Shown here piece after piece: positions 1-13,880 of a stretch of 64,000 nt of DNA. Source of the DNA: the human T2T-CHM13v2.0 reference genome, Homo sapiens; the NCBI RefSeq assembly GCF_009914755.1, contig NC_060947.1; one strand, written 5' to 3'. How positions within the stretch are numbered: the first letter of the stretch is position 1; every line of letters begins with the position of its first letter. The notes beneath the pieces were generated by a model. It searched no databases and was not told the origin of the DNA. It worked only from the letters and a program-made list of their open reading frames with translations. The translations under genes and the position numbers were made by a program.

Positions 1-2848
1 AGGGTAAAAGTTGTTTTTCCTTCAGCACTTTAAATATGTCATGCCACTCTCCCCTTGCCTGTAAGGTTTCCACTGAAAAGTCAACTGCCAGATATATTGG
101 AGCTCCAGTGTATGACATGTGTTGCTTTTCTCTTGCTGCTTTTAGAATCCTTTCTTAACTGTTAACCTTTGAGAGTATGATTATTAAATGGCTTGAGGTA
201 ACCTTCTCCAGGTTGAATCTGCTTTATGTTCGATTTCTTTCTTATACTTGGATATTGATGTCTTTCTCTAGGTTTGAGAAGTTTTCTGTTATTATCCCTT
301 TGAATTATCTTTCTACTCCTATCTCTTTCTCTACTTCCTTCAAGGCTAATAACTCTTAAATTTGTCCTTTTGAGGCTATTTTCTTGATCCTATAGGTGTG
401 CTTCATTTTTTTTATTCTTTTTTCTTTTGACTCTTCTGTGTATTTTCAAATAGCCTGTCTTCAAGCTCAGTAATTCTTTCTTCTGCTTGATCAATTCTGC
501 TAATTAAAGGATGATGATGCATTATTCAGTAAGCCAATTGCATTGTTCAGCTTCAGAATTTCTGCATTATTATTCATAATTATTTTAATCTCTTTGTTCA
601 GTTTATCAGATAGAATTCTAAATTCCTTCTCTGTGTTATCTTGACCTTTTTTTGAGTTTCCTCAACACAGCTATTTTGAATTATCTGTCTGCAAGGTCAC
701 ATACCCCTGTTCCTCCAGGACTGGTCCCTAGTTCTTATTGAGTTCATTTGGTGAGGTCATGTTTTTCTGGATGGTGGTGATGCTAGTAGATATTCTTCAG
801 TGTCTGGGCATTGAAGAGCTAGATATGTATTGTAGTCTTCACTGTCTTATCTGTAGCCACCCTTCTTTGGAAGGCTTTCCAGATGTTTGAAAGGATGTGA
901 GTGTTGTGATCTAAGCAGTATCTTCTTTAGGGGGCACTCCAATCCCATTAATGCTGTGGTTCTTGCAGACGCATAGTGGTGCTGCCTTTATGGTATTAAA
1001 CAAGATCCAGGAGATTTCTCTGGATTATCAGGCAGAGACTCTTGTTCTCTTCTCTTACATTCCCCCAAACAAACAGAGTCCCTCTCTATCTTTTCTAACC
1101 CATGTAAAGCTGGAGCTGGAGTGACAATAAGCACCCCTGTGGTCACCACCACTATGACCCTGCTGGGTCACACCTGAAGCCAGCACAGTGCTGGGTCTCA
1201 TTCAAGACCCACTGTTACTACTCCCTGGCTACTTCCCATGTTTGCTCAAGGCCCTGGTGCTCTACAATCAGCATGTGGCAAAGCCAGCCAAGCCTATGCT
1301 CTTCCCTTCATGGCAGTGAGGTCCCCCAGACCCTATGTGCGTCCAGAAGAACTGTTTGGTAGTCAGGGACTAGCATCAAAAACCTTAGAAATCTACCTAA
1401 TGTTTTAATGTATTCATCTGAGCTGATATTCAAACCACAAGACACAGTTCTTCCCACTCTTCCCCCCTCTTTCCAAAGGCAGAGGAGCCTCTCGCCATAG
1501 CCACCACCACCTCAGGCCATGAGGTATACTGCCAGACTACCACCAATACTCCCTTATGACCCAAGGTCTCTTAAGTCAACTTATTGTGAATGCTGCCTGC
1601 CCTGGGACTCACCCTTCAGGGCAATGGCCTCTCCTCTGACTCAGGTCAGGTCCAGAAATGCCACCTAAGGGTCAAGTCCTGTAATCACAGACCCCAGGAG
1701 CTCACTTGGTGGTCTACTGACCTCCACCCCTGTGGCCTGATATTGCTGAAATCCCACAGCTTTTGGTTGTGCTGGTACCTCAGATGCAAGACAAAGTCCC
1801 ATTTACTTTTCTGTCTGCTTTTCTCAAGCAGGAGTTTTGCCCCGGAGCCACCATATCTGTTAATGCACTGAGCCTCACCTGGAGCCAGCCCATCTCAGAG
1901 AATGACCAAGACCCTCAATGTAGTACCTGGGTATTGCTGCTGGTTATGCAGGGCCGAAGGGCTCTTCAGTTAGCAGACGATAAAAGCTGGCAGGAATGGG
2001 TCCTTTCCTTCAAGGCAGCAGGTTCCCTTCTGGCCCAGGGTGTGTCTAGAAATGTCATCTGGAAGCTAAAGCCTGGAATGGGGGGCCTCATGACTCTGAC
2101 CAGTGCCTTATCCTGCTGTGGTGCAGGTGGTATCCTAGATGAAAGACAAAGTCCTTCCCACCCTTCCTTCTCCTCTCTTCAAGTGGAAGAAAGGGGTGTC
2201 TTTCAGTGCTGAAAGCTGTGCAGCCTGGGGTTAGGGTAGGGATGATTCCAACACTCCCTTGACTTCTCCGGCTGGTGCCTCAGTATGCCAGGTTTCTTCA
2301 GTTTTCTGTCTCTGGGCCTAGTTCAGCACTAGGACTCACATACACGTTGCAATTCTTATGGCCTAGACAGCCTTTCAAGTTTACTTTGAGACAGAGTGTG
2401 GTAGCCTTTGATGGTGAGGTTTGCAGACACTCAGGTATGGACCTCTGGTTTCAAGGGATCCTTCTCTGGCTAGGGCTGATTTAAATGCTCTTCCTGTGGG
2501 CGGGGGTCAGCTGAATTTGCTCTGGTTTTGATTTCTGCTTTAACAGGACAGCACTTATTTCAGCGCCTCACGATTGCTGTGTTTTCTCTCCTTCGGTGTC
2601 CAGAGAAGCTCTCTGCACCATGCCGAGGTGGGGGAGTGGTAGCATCGGTAATTCTACAGGGTTTATTTCTTCAGTGCAACTTTAGGACATATGAAGTTAA
2701 AACTAGGTACTATGAGTGCTCGCCTGATTTTTGTTTCTTATGAAAGTTTTTTTTTTTTTTCCTGTATAGATAGTTGTTAACTTGGTGTCCTTGCTGGGGG
2801 GCAACTATAGGTAGAGCTTTCTATTCTGTCATCTTGCCCTGTCTCCCT
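1..2848 (-). mobile_element. L1MA-type LINE-1, 5' part (5'UTR and ORF1 remnant), continues left of the window
   Basis: Antisense ORF1-like sequence at 1-~800, homologous to 29535-30410. The reverse complement at the right end reads ggagacagggcaagatgacagaatagaaagctc, a typical L1 5' start. No intact ORF. Confidence 0.85.
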
Positions 2849-3714
2849 TGTATATTTCCTGCTCTTTCCAAATTAATATGTTAATTTTTCTTATTTTATC
2901 TTTCTTAATGAAATAAGTTTTCATTATTACTTATGAGTGACACAAACTATTGTACTGATCAAAAGTAAAGATACACTTACTGGTGAAGGGATGCCAATAT
3001 GTTTTCTTTAGATATCAGGTGAACTTGAGCAAAATGCTTGTTACTCCACTTTATAGGTAACCTTTGATGCTTAGGCACTGATAAAGAAATCGGAACAAAC
3101 AAACTCAAAATAAAACGAGCAAACTCATCCCACAAATACTTTATTTTACAGAAATAGCACTTTTAGCCAAATGTGAATACAATTGCAATAGCTGTGTTTT
3201 TAAGAAAATCAGCAAAATTTTATGTGCTCCTTTTTAGTAACTATATTTGAAATATCTAAGTTTATTCCCATTATTAAGATTGGACATTGTTATGATTGCA
3301 TTTCCTTTCAAAAGATGTATTCTAGCTCAATTTCCCTAGCTTCCAGGTAAGAATAATAGAAATATTAAAATAGAGCTGTGGTTTGCTATAATTTTCAGGG
3401 TATTTTGTGGTCAAGTTCTAAAATTATCAAGAGCATAATTTTATGTTTTTGAACTTTAAGTTTTTAACAAGATAGTCTATCCTAAAGCTTAAATATATTA
3501 ATCAGCAACAAAATGGCATAGAATGAGAACAGTGTTAAGGAAACCTTGAAAATAATAAAAAGTATGTGGCTTCTTACATATGACATACTAAGGCAATGCC
3601 ATTATCATGGTGTATTACAAATAAAATGTAAATTACAATGCAATGAAAATAACTTCACAATCATTTTATTGTTTTAAGCATACCAATATCTTGAAATTTT
3701 TCAGGAAAGAATTG

Positions 3715-4261
<547 letters not shown>

Positions 4262-4695
4262 ATGAATATGATAGGAATATGATTCTCAGGTGATTAAAAA
4301 ATAATATTCTCTTTCATCAAAATAAGCAAATACCTACTTGTAAGGAACAATGCAAAGAAAAAGAAATATTTTTGCAAATGATCAACTGTCATTTAAAATA
4401 GATAGCATCTAAGTTGCCTTATACCCCAAATGTAAATGGACCTTCATATTTTGAACAGTGAAGCCAATTACAGAAATTTGTCATCATTCTTGTCATCTGG
4501 GATGATCATTAAAATATCTTTAGTGATTACATCTCTCATTTTTCTTCTTACTTATCATGTGCTTACAGACATAGCCAATAATATGACTTTTCTACCTAGA
4601 ATTATTATAAATTCATCACAATGACCGGTACGTAGGTACTGTTTTACCCCCTCAGAGAGTTCTTTCATTACCTCATTAATTCATAATCCACACAG

Positions 4696-5633
4696 TTTTC
4701 CATGTGTACAGAACACTTTGATCTTATATATTCAAAATATTTGATTAAATAATTCTATAAGATGGATATGCATAGATATTGTCTCTGTTTTTTAGATGAA
4801 TACTAGATAAATCATAAGCTAGTGAAAAAGCCACAATCACTATTTTTTTTTCTGACTTTTAGGTTCAGGGGATACATGTGCAGGTCTCTTATATGGGTAA
4901 ATTGTTTGTCACTTGGGTTTGGTGTACAAATGATCCCGTCACCCAAGTAGTGAGCACAGTACCTGATAGTATTTCAGTGCTCACTCTCCTCCTACCCTCC
5001 CCACTGTAGTAATACCCAGAATCTATTGTTCTCATCTTTGTGTCCACATGTACTCAATGTTTAGCTCCTACTTATAAGTGAGAACATGAGATATTTGGAT
5101 TCCTGTTCCTGTGCTAATTCACTTAGGATAATGGCCTACAGCCACATCCATGTTACTGCAAGCGGAATGATTTTATTCTTTTTATGGCTATGTAGTATTC
5201 CATGGTGTATATACACCACATTTTCTTTATTCAGTCCACAGCCAATGGGTATCTAGGTTGATTCCATGTTTTTGCTATTGGGAATAGTGCTGTAATGAAC
5301 ATACACATGAATGCGTCTTTATGGCAGAACAATTTATATTTCTTTGGGTATATAACCAGGAATAGGATTGCTGGATTGAATGGTATTTCTGTTTTAAGCT
5401 CTTTGAGTAATTTCCATTGCTTTCCCCAGTGGCTAAACTAATTGACATTTCCACCAACAGCCTATAAGCATTCCCTGTTTTCTGCAACCTCACCAACGTG
5501 ATATTTTTTGACTTTTTAATAATAGCCATTCCAAAAAGTCACTATTTTTATCCAAGTGCCCCAGTTTCATAGCATATCACTTAATTCAATGTAAAATGTG
5601 TTTCAATTTTGATGAGGCAAATATTCCTGAAAG
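4696..5633. repeat. Right arm of the inverted duplication (interrupted by an L1 3' fragment)
   Basis: agatattgtctctgttttttagatgaatactagataaatcataagctagtgaaaa (~4774-4828) matches the reverse complement of ~4129-4183; outer segment 5539-5633 matches 3715-3810. Confidence 0.9.
4848..5530 (-). mobile_element. 5'-truncated L1 (L1PA15/16-like 3' end)
   Basis: Antisense L1 3'UTR and ORF2 C-terminus (ORF 5275-5529 begins MAIIKKSKN); TSD tcactattttt at 4837 and 5539. Confidence 0.92.
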
Positions 5634-7029
5634 AAAATGCGTTCTAAATTTGTTGCTTGACCAACTTGCTTATTTCAAGTGGTGAATATAATACAAGAAG
5701 TAGAGAAAAGAATGTTTATGGCCTTGAACGATTTTACAAATTTGAAGGAAGAGCAAACACCAAAAACATATCTTCTTAGTGGATGTCATTTCCCATTTTC
5801 CCACCCTGATGCCTTGCTCTATAAGTCAAATTAGGTAGATATACAGATTGATAGAAGACAGAATTGTTGATAAAAACAGCAAGAACATTGATACTTAGGT
5901 TTTAGAATCAGCATTACAAGAGATCCTGAAAATCATTTAGTGGAAACCAGAGTCTTATAGAGGAAGCCACTAAAATCTGGAGAATAGTGACTTGCCAAAA
6001 ATCCAAAATTTTGTTTCAGTGTTAGAGCCAGTCTCAGAATCTAGGCCTTCTTTCCCCATGTAGTAGTTTTTTATATATTTTTAACTTAGTCTAATGAATC
6101 TTCTAATATCTAAGAGGCAATTCTTGTTTTATGTGATAGTTTTTTCAAAAGTCAATCTTGACATATGGGGCCATTACAGCAACCTAATAGGCAAATCTAG
6201 CATATATCCTTTGTACTTTAAAAACATTAGACACAACTTGATTCTTCAGGTTATATGAAAATAATGAAGTGGTGGTGAATACATAGAACAGATGTGTGTT
6301 CATAAAGACCATGTGGTTTTTTTTTTGTTTAATGTAGTAATGTTTTGATGTGCTGCTGAGGGGCTTATCTTAGGGAGATAGTAAAATGGCAGCTGGTTTT
6401 ACCCTAGAAGACCTCTTACTAGATAAATTCCAGCTGTGAATATATGATGTTTCCTTAAATGGGCAAAGAGAAGTTATCCCATACGTAAAATTATTCTCAA
6501 CATCTGTGCTGCTTTAGGAACCATATTCTCTTTGTAATTGGCTTCTGTAAGAGGACTTTTTTCCCTTAAAAATGTAGAGAACTGAATTTGTACAAAATGT
6601 TTATAAATAATTCGAAAGAGGACTTTAAAAGTACTTTTCGCAAGTTTGTTCTTCTTGCAAGTATAAATGTATACAAATATAAATATATTTGAACAGATCT
6701 AAGTACAATCAGTGTTAAACAAGTAGTTAAAGTAGTATGTGCCTCACATTATAAAATCTCCGCCTAAAATGACTTGTGGGTGTGCAAAGGTAGACCTGGT
6801 ACATGTCCATAATTCTATTGGACAAAAGTCTTTTGGATTTTGTAAAAATACTATGGAAGCATGCTCCAGAGATATTGTGGGTTTGATTTCAGACCACTGC
6901 AATAAAACGAATATTCAAAAAAGTGAGTCATGGAAATTTTTTAGTATAAACATAAAAAAGTTATGTTTATGCTATACTGTAGCTTATTAAGTGTGCAATA
7001 GCATTAATGTCTAATAAAATAATGTGCGT

Positions 7030-9196
<2,167 letters not shown>

Positions 9197-9284
9197 AAAA
9201 TAATGTGCGTATCTTAATTTCAAAATATTTTATTGCTAAAAATGCTAACACTCATCTGAGGCTTCATTGCTTTGAAATCTTTTT

Positions 9285-9350
9285 TTTTAAAGAAAGAAAA
9301 TGGTGGACTTTAATCTTTATTTACAGGACACTGTGAGATATGAAATTCCA
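9285..9350 (-). pseudogene. 66-bp retrocopy of a polyadenylated RNA 3' end (parent not identified)
   Basis: 13-bp TSD ttgaaatcttttt (9272-9284, 9351-9363). The minus strand reads ...gtgtcctgtaAATAAAgattaaagtccaccattttctttcttt then an A tract. It interrupts otherwise contiguous Tigger1 sequence. Confidence 0.75.
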
Positions 9351-11277
9351 TTGAAATCTTTTTGCTGGTGAAGGGTCTTGCCTTGATGTTGGCAATGGGG
9401 TATGGCTAATGGGGTGGTGGATGCTGAAGTTTGGAGTAGTTGTGACAATTTCTTAAAAGAAGATCACAGTAAAGTTTGCTACATTGATTGGCTCTTCCTT
9501 TCCTGACAAAAATACTCTGTAGCATGCAATGCTGTTTGATAGCGTGTTACCCACAGCAAAACTTCTTTCAAGATTTCAGTCAATCCTTTTATGCCCTGCC
9601 ACTGCCTTATCAAGTAAGTTTATGTAATATTCTAAATCTTTTGTTGTCAATTCAACAATGTTCACCGCATCTTCACCAGAAGTAGATTTTATCTCAAGAA
9701 ACCACTTTTTTATCATTCATAAGAAGCAACTTTGTATCCCTTCAAGTTTTATCATGATATTGCAACAATTCAGTCACATCCTCAAGCTCCACTTGTAAGT
9801 CTAGTTCTTTTGCTACTTCCATAACATCTACAGTGGCTTCCTTCAATGAAGTCTTGAACCCCTCAAAGTCATCCATGAGCGGGGGAATCACCTTCTTCCA
9901 AGTTCTTGTCAATATTGATATTTTGACCTCCTCCCATGAATCATGAATGTTCTTCATGGGATTTAGAATGATGAATCTTTTTCAGAACCATTTCCATTTG
10001 CGTTTCTCAGATTCATCAGACAAATCACTAACTATGGCAGCTATAACCTTATGAAATGTAGTTCTTAAATGATAATACTTGAGAGTTGAAATTACTCCTG
10101 ATTCATGGACTGCAGGATGAATGTTTTGTTAGCAGTCATGAAAACAACATTAATTTCCTTTTATATCTTTTTCAGAAGTGTTGGGCGACCAGTTGCATTG
10201 TCAATAAGCAAATATTTTGAAATTAATCTTTTTTTTAGCATTAGGGATCAACGGTCAGCTTAAAATATTTAATACACCATGCTGTAAACAGATGTGCTGT
10301 CATCCAGGCTTTGTTGTTCCATGTGTAGAGCACAGGCAGAGTAGATTTAGCATCATCCTTAAGGGCCCTAGCATTTTCAGAATAGTAAATGATCATTGGC
10401 TTCAATTTAAAGTCACCAGCTGCATTAGGCCCTAACAAGAGAGTCAATATGTACTTTGAAGCTTTAAAGCCAGGTATTGACTTCTCTGTAGCCATGAAAT
10501 TCCTATATAGCATCTTCTTCCTATATAAGGCTGCTTCATCTACACTGAAAATCTGTTGTTCAGTGTAGCCACCTTCATTAATTATCTTAGCTAGATCTTC
10601 CGGATAACTTGCTGCAGCTTCTTTATAAGCACCTGCTGCACTTTTATATTATGGAGATGGCTTCTTTCCTTAAACCTCATGACCAACCTCTGCTAACTTC
10701 ATTTTTTTTTTCCTGTAGCTTTCTCGCCTCTTTCAGCCTTCGTAGAATTGAAGAGTGTTAGGAACTTTTTCTGGATTAAGCTTTGGCTGAAGGGAATGTT
10801 GTGGATGGTTTGATCTTCTATCTAGACCACTGAAACTTTCTCCATATTGGCCATAAGGCAGTTTCACTTTCTATCATTTTTGTGTTCACTGGAGTAGCAC
10901 TTTCAATTTTCTTCAAGAACTTTTCCTTTGCATTAACAACGTGGCTAACTTTTTGGCACAAGAAGCCTAGTTTTCTGCCTATCTTGGCTTTTGGTATGCT
11001 TTCCTCAATAAACTTAATCATTTTTAGCTTCTAATTTAAATGAGAGACATGTGACTTTTCCTTTCATTTGAACACTTAGAGGCCATTTTAGCGTCATTAA
11101 CTGGCCTACTTTAAGGAGTGTTGTATCTCAGAAAATAGGTAGGCTGAAGGAGAAGGAGAGATACATGGAAAGGGCCAGTTCACGTCGCAGTCAGAACAGA
11201 CAGGACATTCATCAATTAAGTTTTTCATTTTATATGAGCAAGGTTTGTGGATTCCCAAATAATTATAATAGTAACAT

Positions 11278-11485
11278 CTATAGCCAAAAATAATTAAATT
11301 GTACATTTTAAAATAACAAAAAGTGTAACTAGATTGTTTGTAACACAAAATATAAATGCTTGAAGTGATGGATACTCCATTTAACCTGATGTGACTATTA
11401 CACATTGCATGCCTGTATCAAAATATCTAATGTAACCCATAAATACATACACCTACTATGTACCCACAAAAATTAAAAATTATGA
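11278..11485 (+). mobile_element. L1MA2/3-like 3' end fragment inside Tigger1
   Basis: Ends acacctactatgtacccacaaaaattaaaaatt; reverse complement is homologous to 24460-24665. No clear TSD. Confidence 0.85.
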
Positions 11486-11528
11486 AAAAGAGCGCTGATC
11501 ACAGATTACCATAAGAGATATAATAGTA

Positions 11529-11838
11529 GGTGGGGCACGGTGGCTCACCCCTGTAATCCCAACACTTTGGGAGGCTGAGATGGGCAGATCGCTTGAGGTC
11601 AGGAGTTCAAGTCCAGACTGGGCAACATGGCAAAACCTTGTCTCTATAAAAAAAAAAAAAATAGCTGACTGCCGTAGCGCATGTTTGTAATCCCAGCTAC
11701 TTGGGAGGCTGAGACATGAGAATGGCTTGAACCTGGGAGGTTGAGGTTGCAGTGAGCTGAGAAGCCAAGATGGTGCCACGGCACTCCAGCCTGGATGACA
11801 GAGTGAGACTCTGTCTCAAATATATATATAGAGAGAGA
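11529..11838 (+). mobile_element. Alu (AluJ/old S) inside Tigger1, tail decayed to (TA)n(GA)n
   Basis: Full Alu dimer with central A tract; degenerate TSD agagata..ata.ta. Confidence 0.95.
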
Positions 11839-12862
11839 TAATAATAACAAAAAAGTTTTGAACATTGCAAGAATTACCAAAAAGTGACATAGAGACACAA
11901 AGTGAGCATTGGCTGTTGGAAAAATGAAAAATGGCACCAGTAGATTTGCTTAATGTAGGGTTGCTATAAACCTTCAGATTAAAAAAAAAAAAAGCAATAT
12001 CTATGAAGCACAACGAAATGAAGCACAATAAAATGAGCTATGTCTGTATTGAGTCTTGTTAATGTTGTTCATGGTGATTAACACAAAATAGTAAATATTC
12101 AGACTTTACTAGTTTGTGAAATATCTGCATACCAACAACCATAACAAGCAGCCAAATGGTTAGGCTGAGAGAACTAGATGCTTTAGTAGCTACTGTATTT
12201 GGCATTTATTTGTCTCATTCTTACTATCTGCTGTCATAGCTGATGAGAGGTTCCTCATAAAGATGACTGGAAAAAGATTATCTGAAACCATTATGTATTG
12301 GCTGAGTCTCAATCACAAATGATACTAGAGTTTGTTTTTCAAGCACATTAGACAAATAGATGTCAATAAAATTGTGTAGATATATTTCGTTTTAAAAAAT
12401 AATGATAATTTAAGAAAATAGTTATAAGAACAAAAAATCAATATTAACATCTGCAAAATCTTAAATAGATATAATTAATGTATGTTGCTAAGTAGAGCAT
12501 TTTTTAATGGTAATGTTAACAGTTTTTTAAAAATTGACCAGGATGTATAGAGTCAAAAATGCCACTGCCTTGTTACCAGTTATCTTTGAATGCAATTTCT
12601 GATTAAATATTCCAAAAGTGGTCTGAACAATGGTAGCCCACTTGTGAGTAATGAATACAGCCTCTCAGGACAGCTATCTGGAAATTAATGGCATTTGTCT
12701 AAATATGTATGTTCTGATAGGTTTGTTAAACACCAGTTGTATTAATATACAGCCATGCTTCATATAGTATCTAATTATGATGTGATACTAATTATTATGT
12801 TTCTCATTGATCCCATGTGATCTAATTATTATTTGTAGAGCCATGTACGTGTTTGCATGTGT

Positions 12863-12884
12863 ACACACACACATACACACACAT
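12863..12884. repeat. (CA)n microsatellite
   Basis: acacacacacatacacacaca. Confidence 0.8.
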
Positions 12885-12989
12885 TGCCCATTGAAAATGA
12901 AAAAGAACAGTCTCATTGCCTGTGTTCTAGGCACACTACACCTTCGTTTATAATCTTACATGTATCAGAAAAAACTTTATGCTATAAAT

Positions 12990-13092
12990 CCGGAGTCAGT
13001 AAACTATGAATCCTGGGCACATACAACACATACAATCTTTCCAGGAGCTACACATTTTTTTTTAACATTTTTAAGTGTTGAAATAAATCAGA
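12990..13092 (+). mobile_element. MER58B (hAT-Charlie MITE), 5' part
   Basis: Starts ccggagtcagtaaacta (decayed TIR). The sequence resumes at 20318 after the L1 block. Confidence 0.75.
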
Positions 13093-13880
13093 TTTAGAGG
13101 GTAAGATGGCTCAATAAACACAACCAGGTGGAACAGCTAACACTGAGGGATCGAGACAACTGGCACACTTCTAACAGATCTTCAGTGGTAAGACACTGAG
13201 AGTGGATGGAGGAAAGTCACAGAAGCTGGGCTGAAGAGGAAGGAAGCTGGAAACACTGCATAGGGCTACTTCACACCAGGACTCATTCTTGGCCCCCGGT
13301 GACCCCAGGAGAACGGGCGAGTTAAACTGTCAAGGAGTAACCTGCTTTTGTCAAGAGCCTCTGGAATCCCAGCAGGAGGAGACCCCCTTGACCCCACTAA
13401 CAGTATTACACACATCATTGAGGCAGAACATTTGCAAAGATATTCAGGACCTGAACTTAACACTATATCAAGTGGACCTGATAGACATCTACAGAAAGTT
13501 CCATTCAAAAGCAATATTATATACATTCTTCTCATCACCACATGGCATATACTCTAAAATCAACCACATAATCAGACACACTCTTCGGCAAGTGCAAAGG
13601 AACTGAAATTATAATAACCACTCTCTTGGACCATAGCACAATTAAATCAGGAATCAGGTCTAAGAAATTTTCTTAAAACCATACGATTACATGGAAACTG
13701 AATAACCTGCTCCTGAATAACTTTCGGGTAAATAATGAAATTGAGCCAGAAATCAAGTTATTTGAAGCTAATGAGAAAAAAGATACAACATTCAAGAATC
13801 ACTGGGACACAGCTAAGGCAGTGTTTAGCGGGAAACTTATAGCACTAAACGCCCACAGCAACAATTTAAAAAGATCTCAG
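13093..13880 (+). mobile_element. Older L1 (L1PA13-16-like): ~300 bp of 5'UTR fused directly to an ORF2 endonuclease-region fragment
   Basis: L1-type start gggtaagatggctcaata. At ~13395 the sequence jumps to ORF2 (PLTVLHTSLRQNICKDIQDLN..YTFFSSPHGIYSKINHII), homologous to 16705-17190. Confidence 0.8.

Noticed and set aside
9742-11021. Domesticated TIGD/CENP-B-like transposase gene
   Set aside because: The reading frame is broken into short pieces in different frames; ordinary decayed Tigger1.
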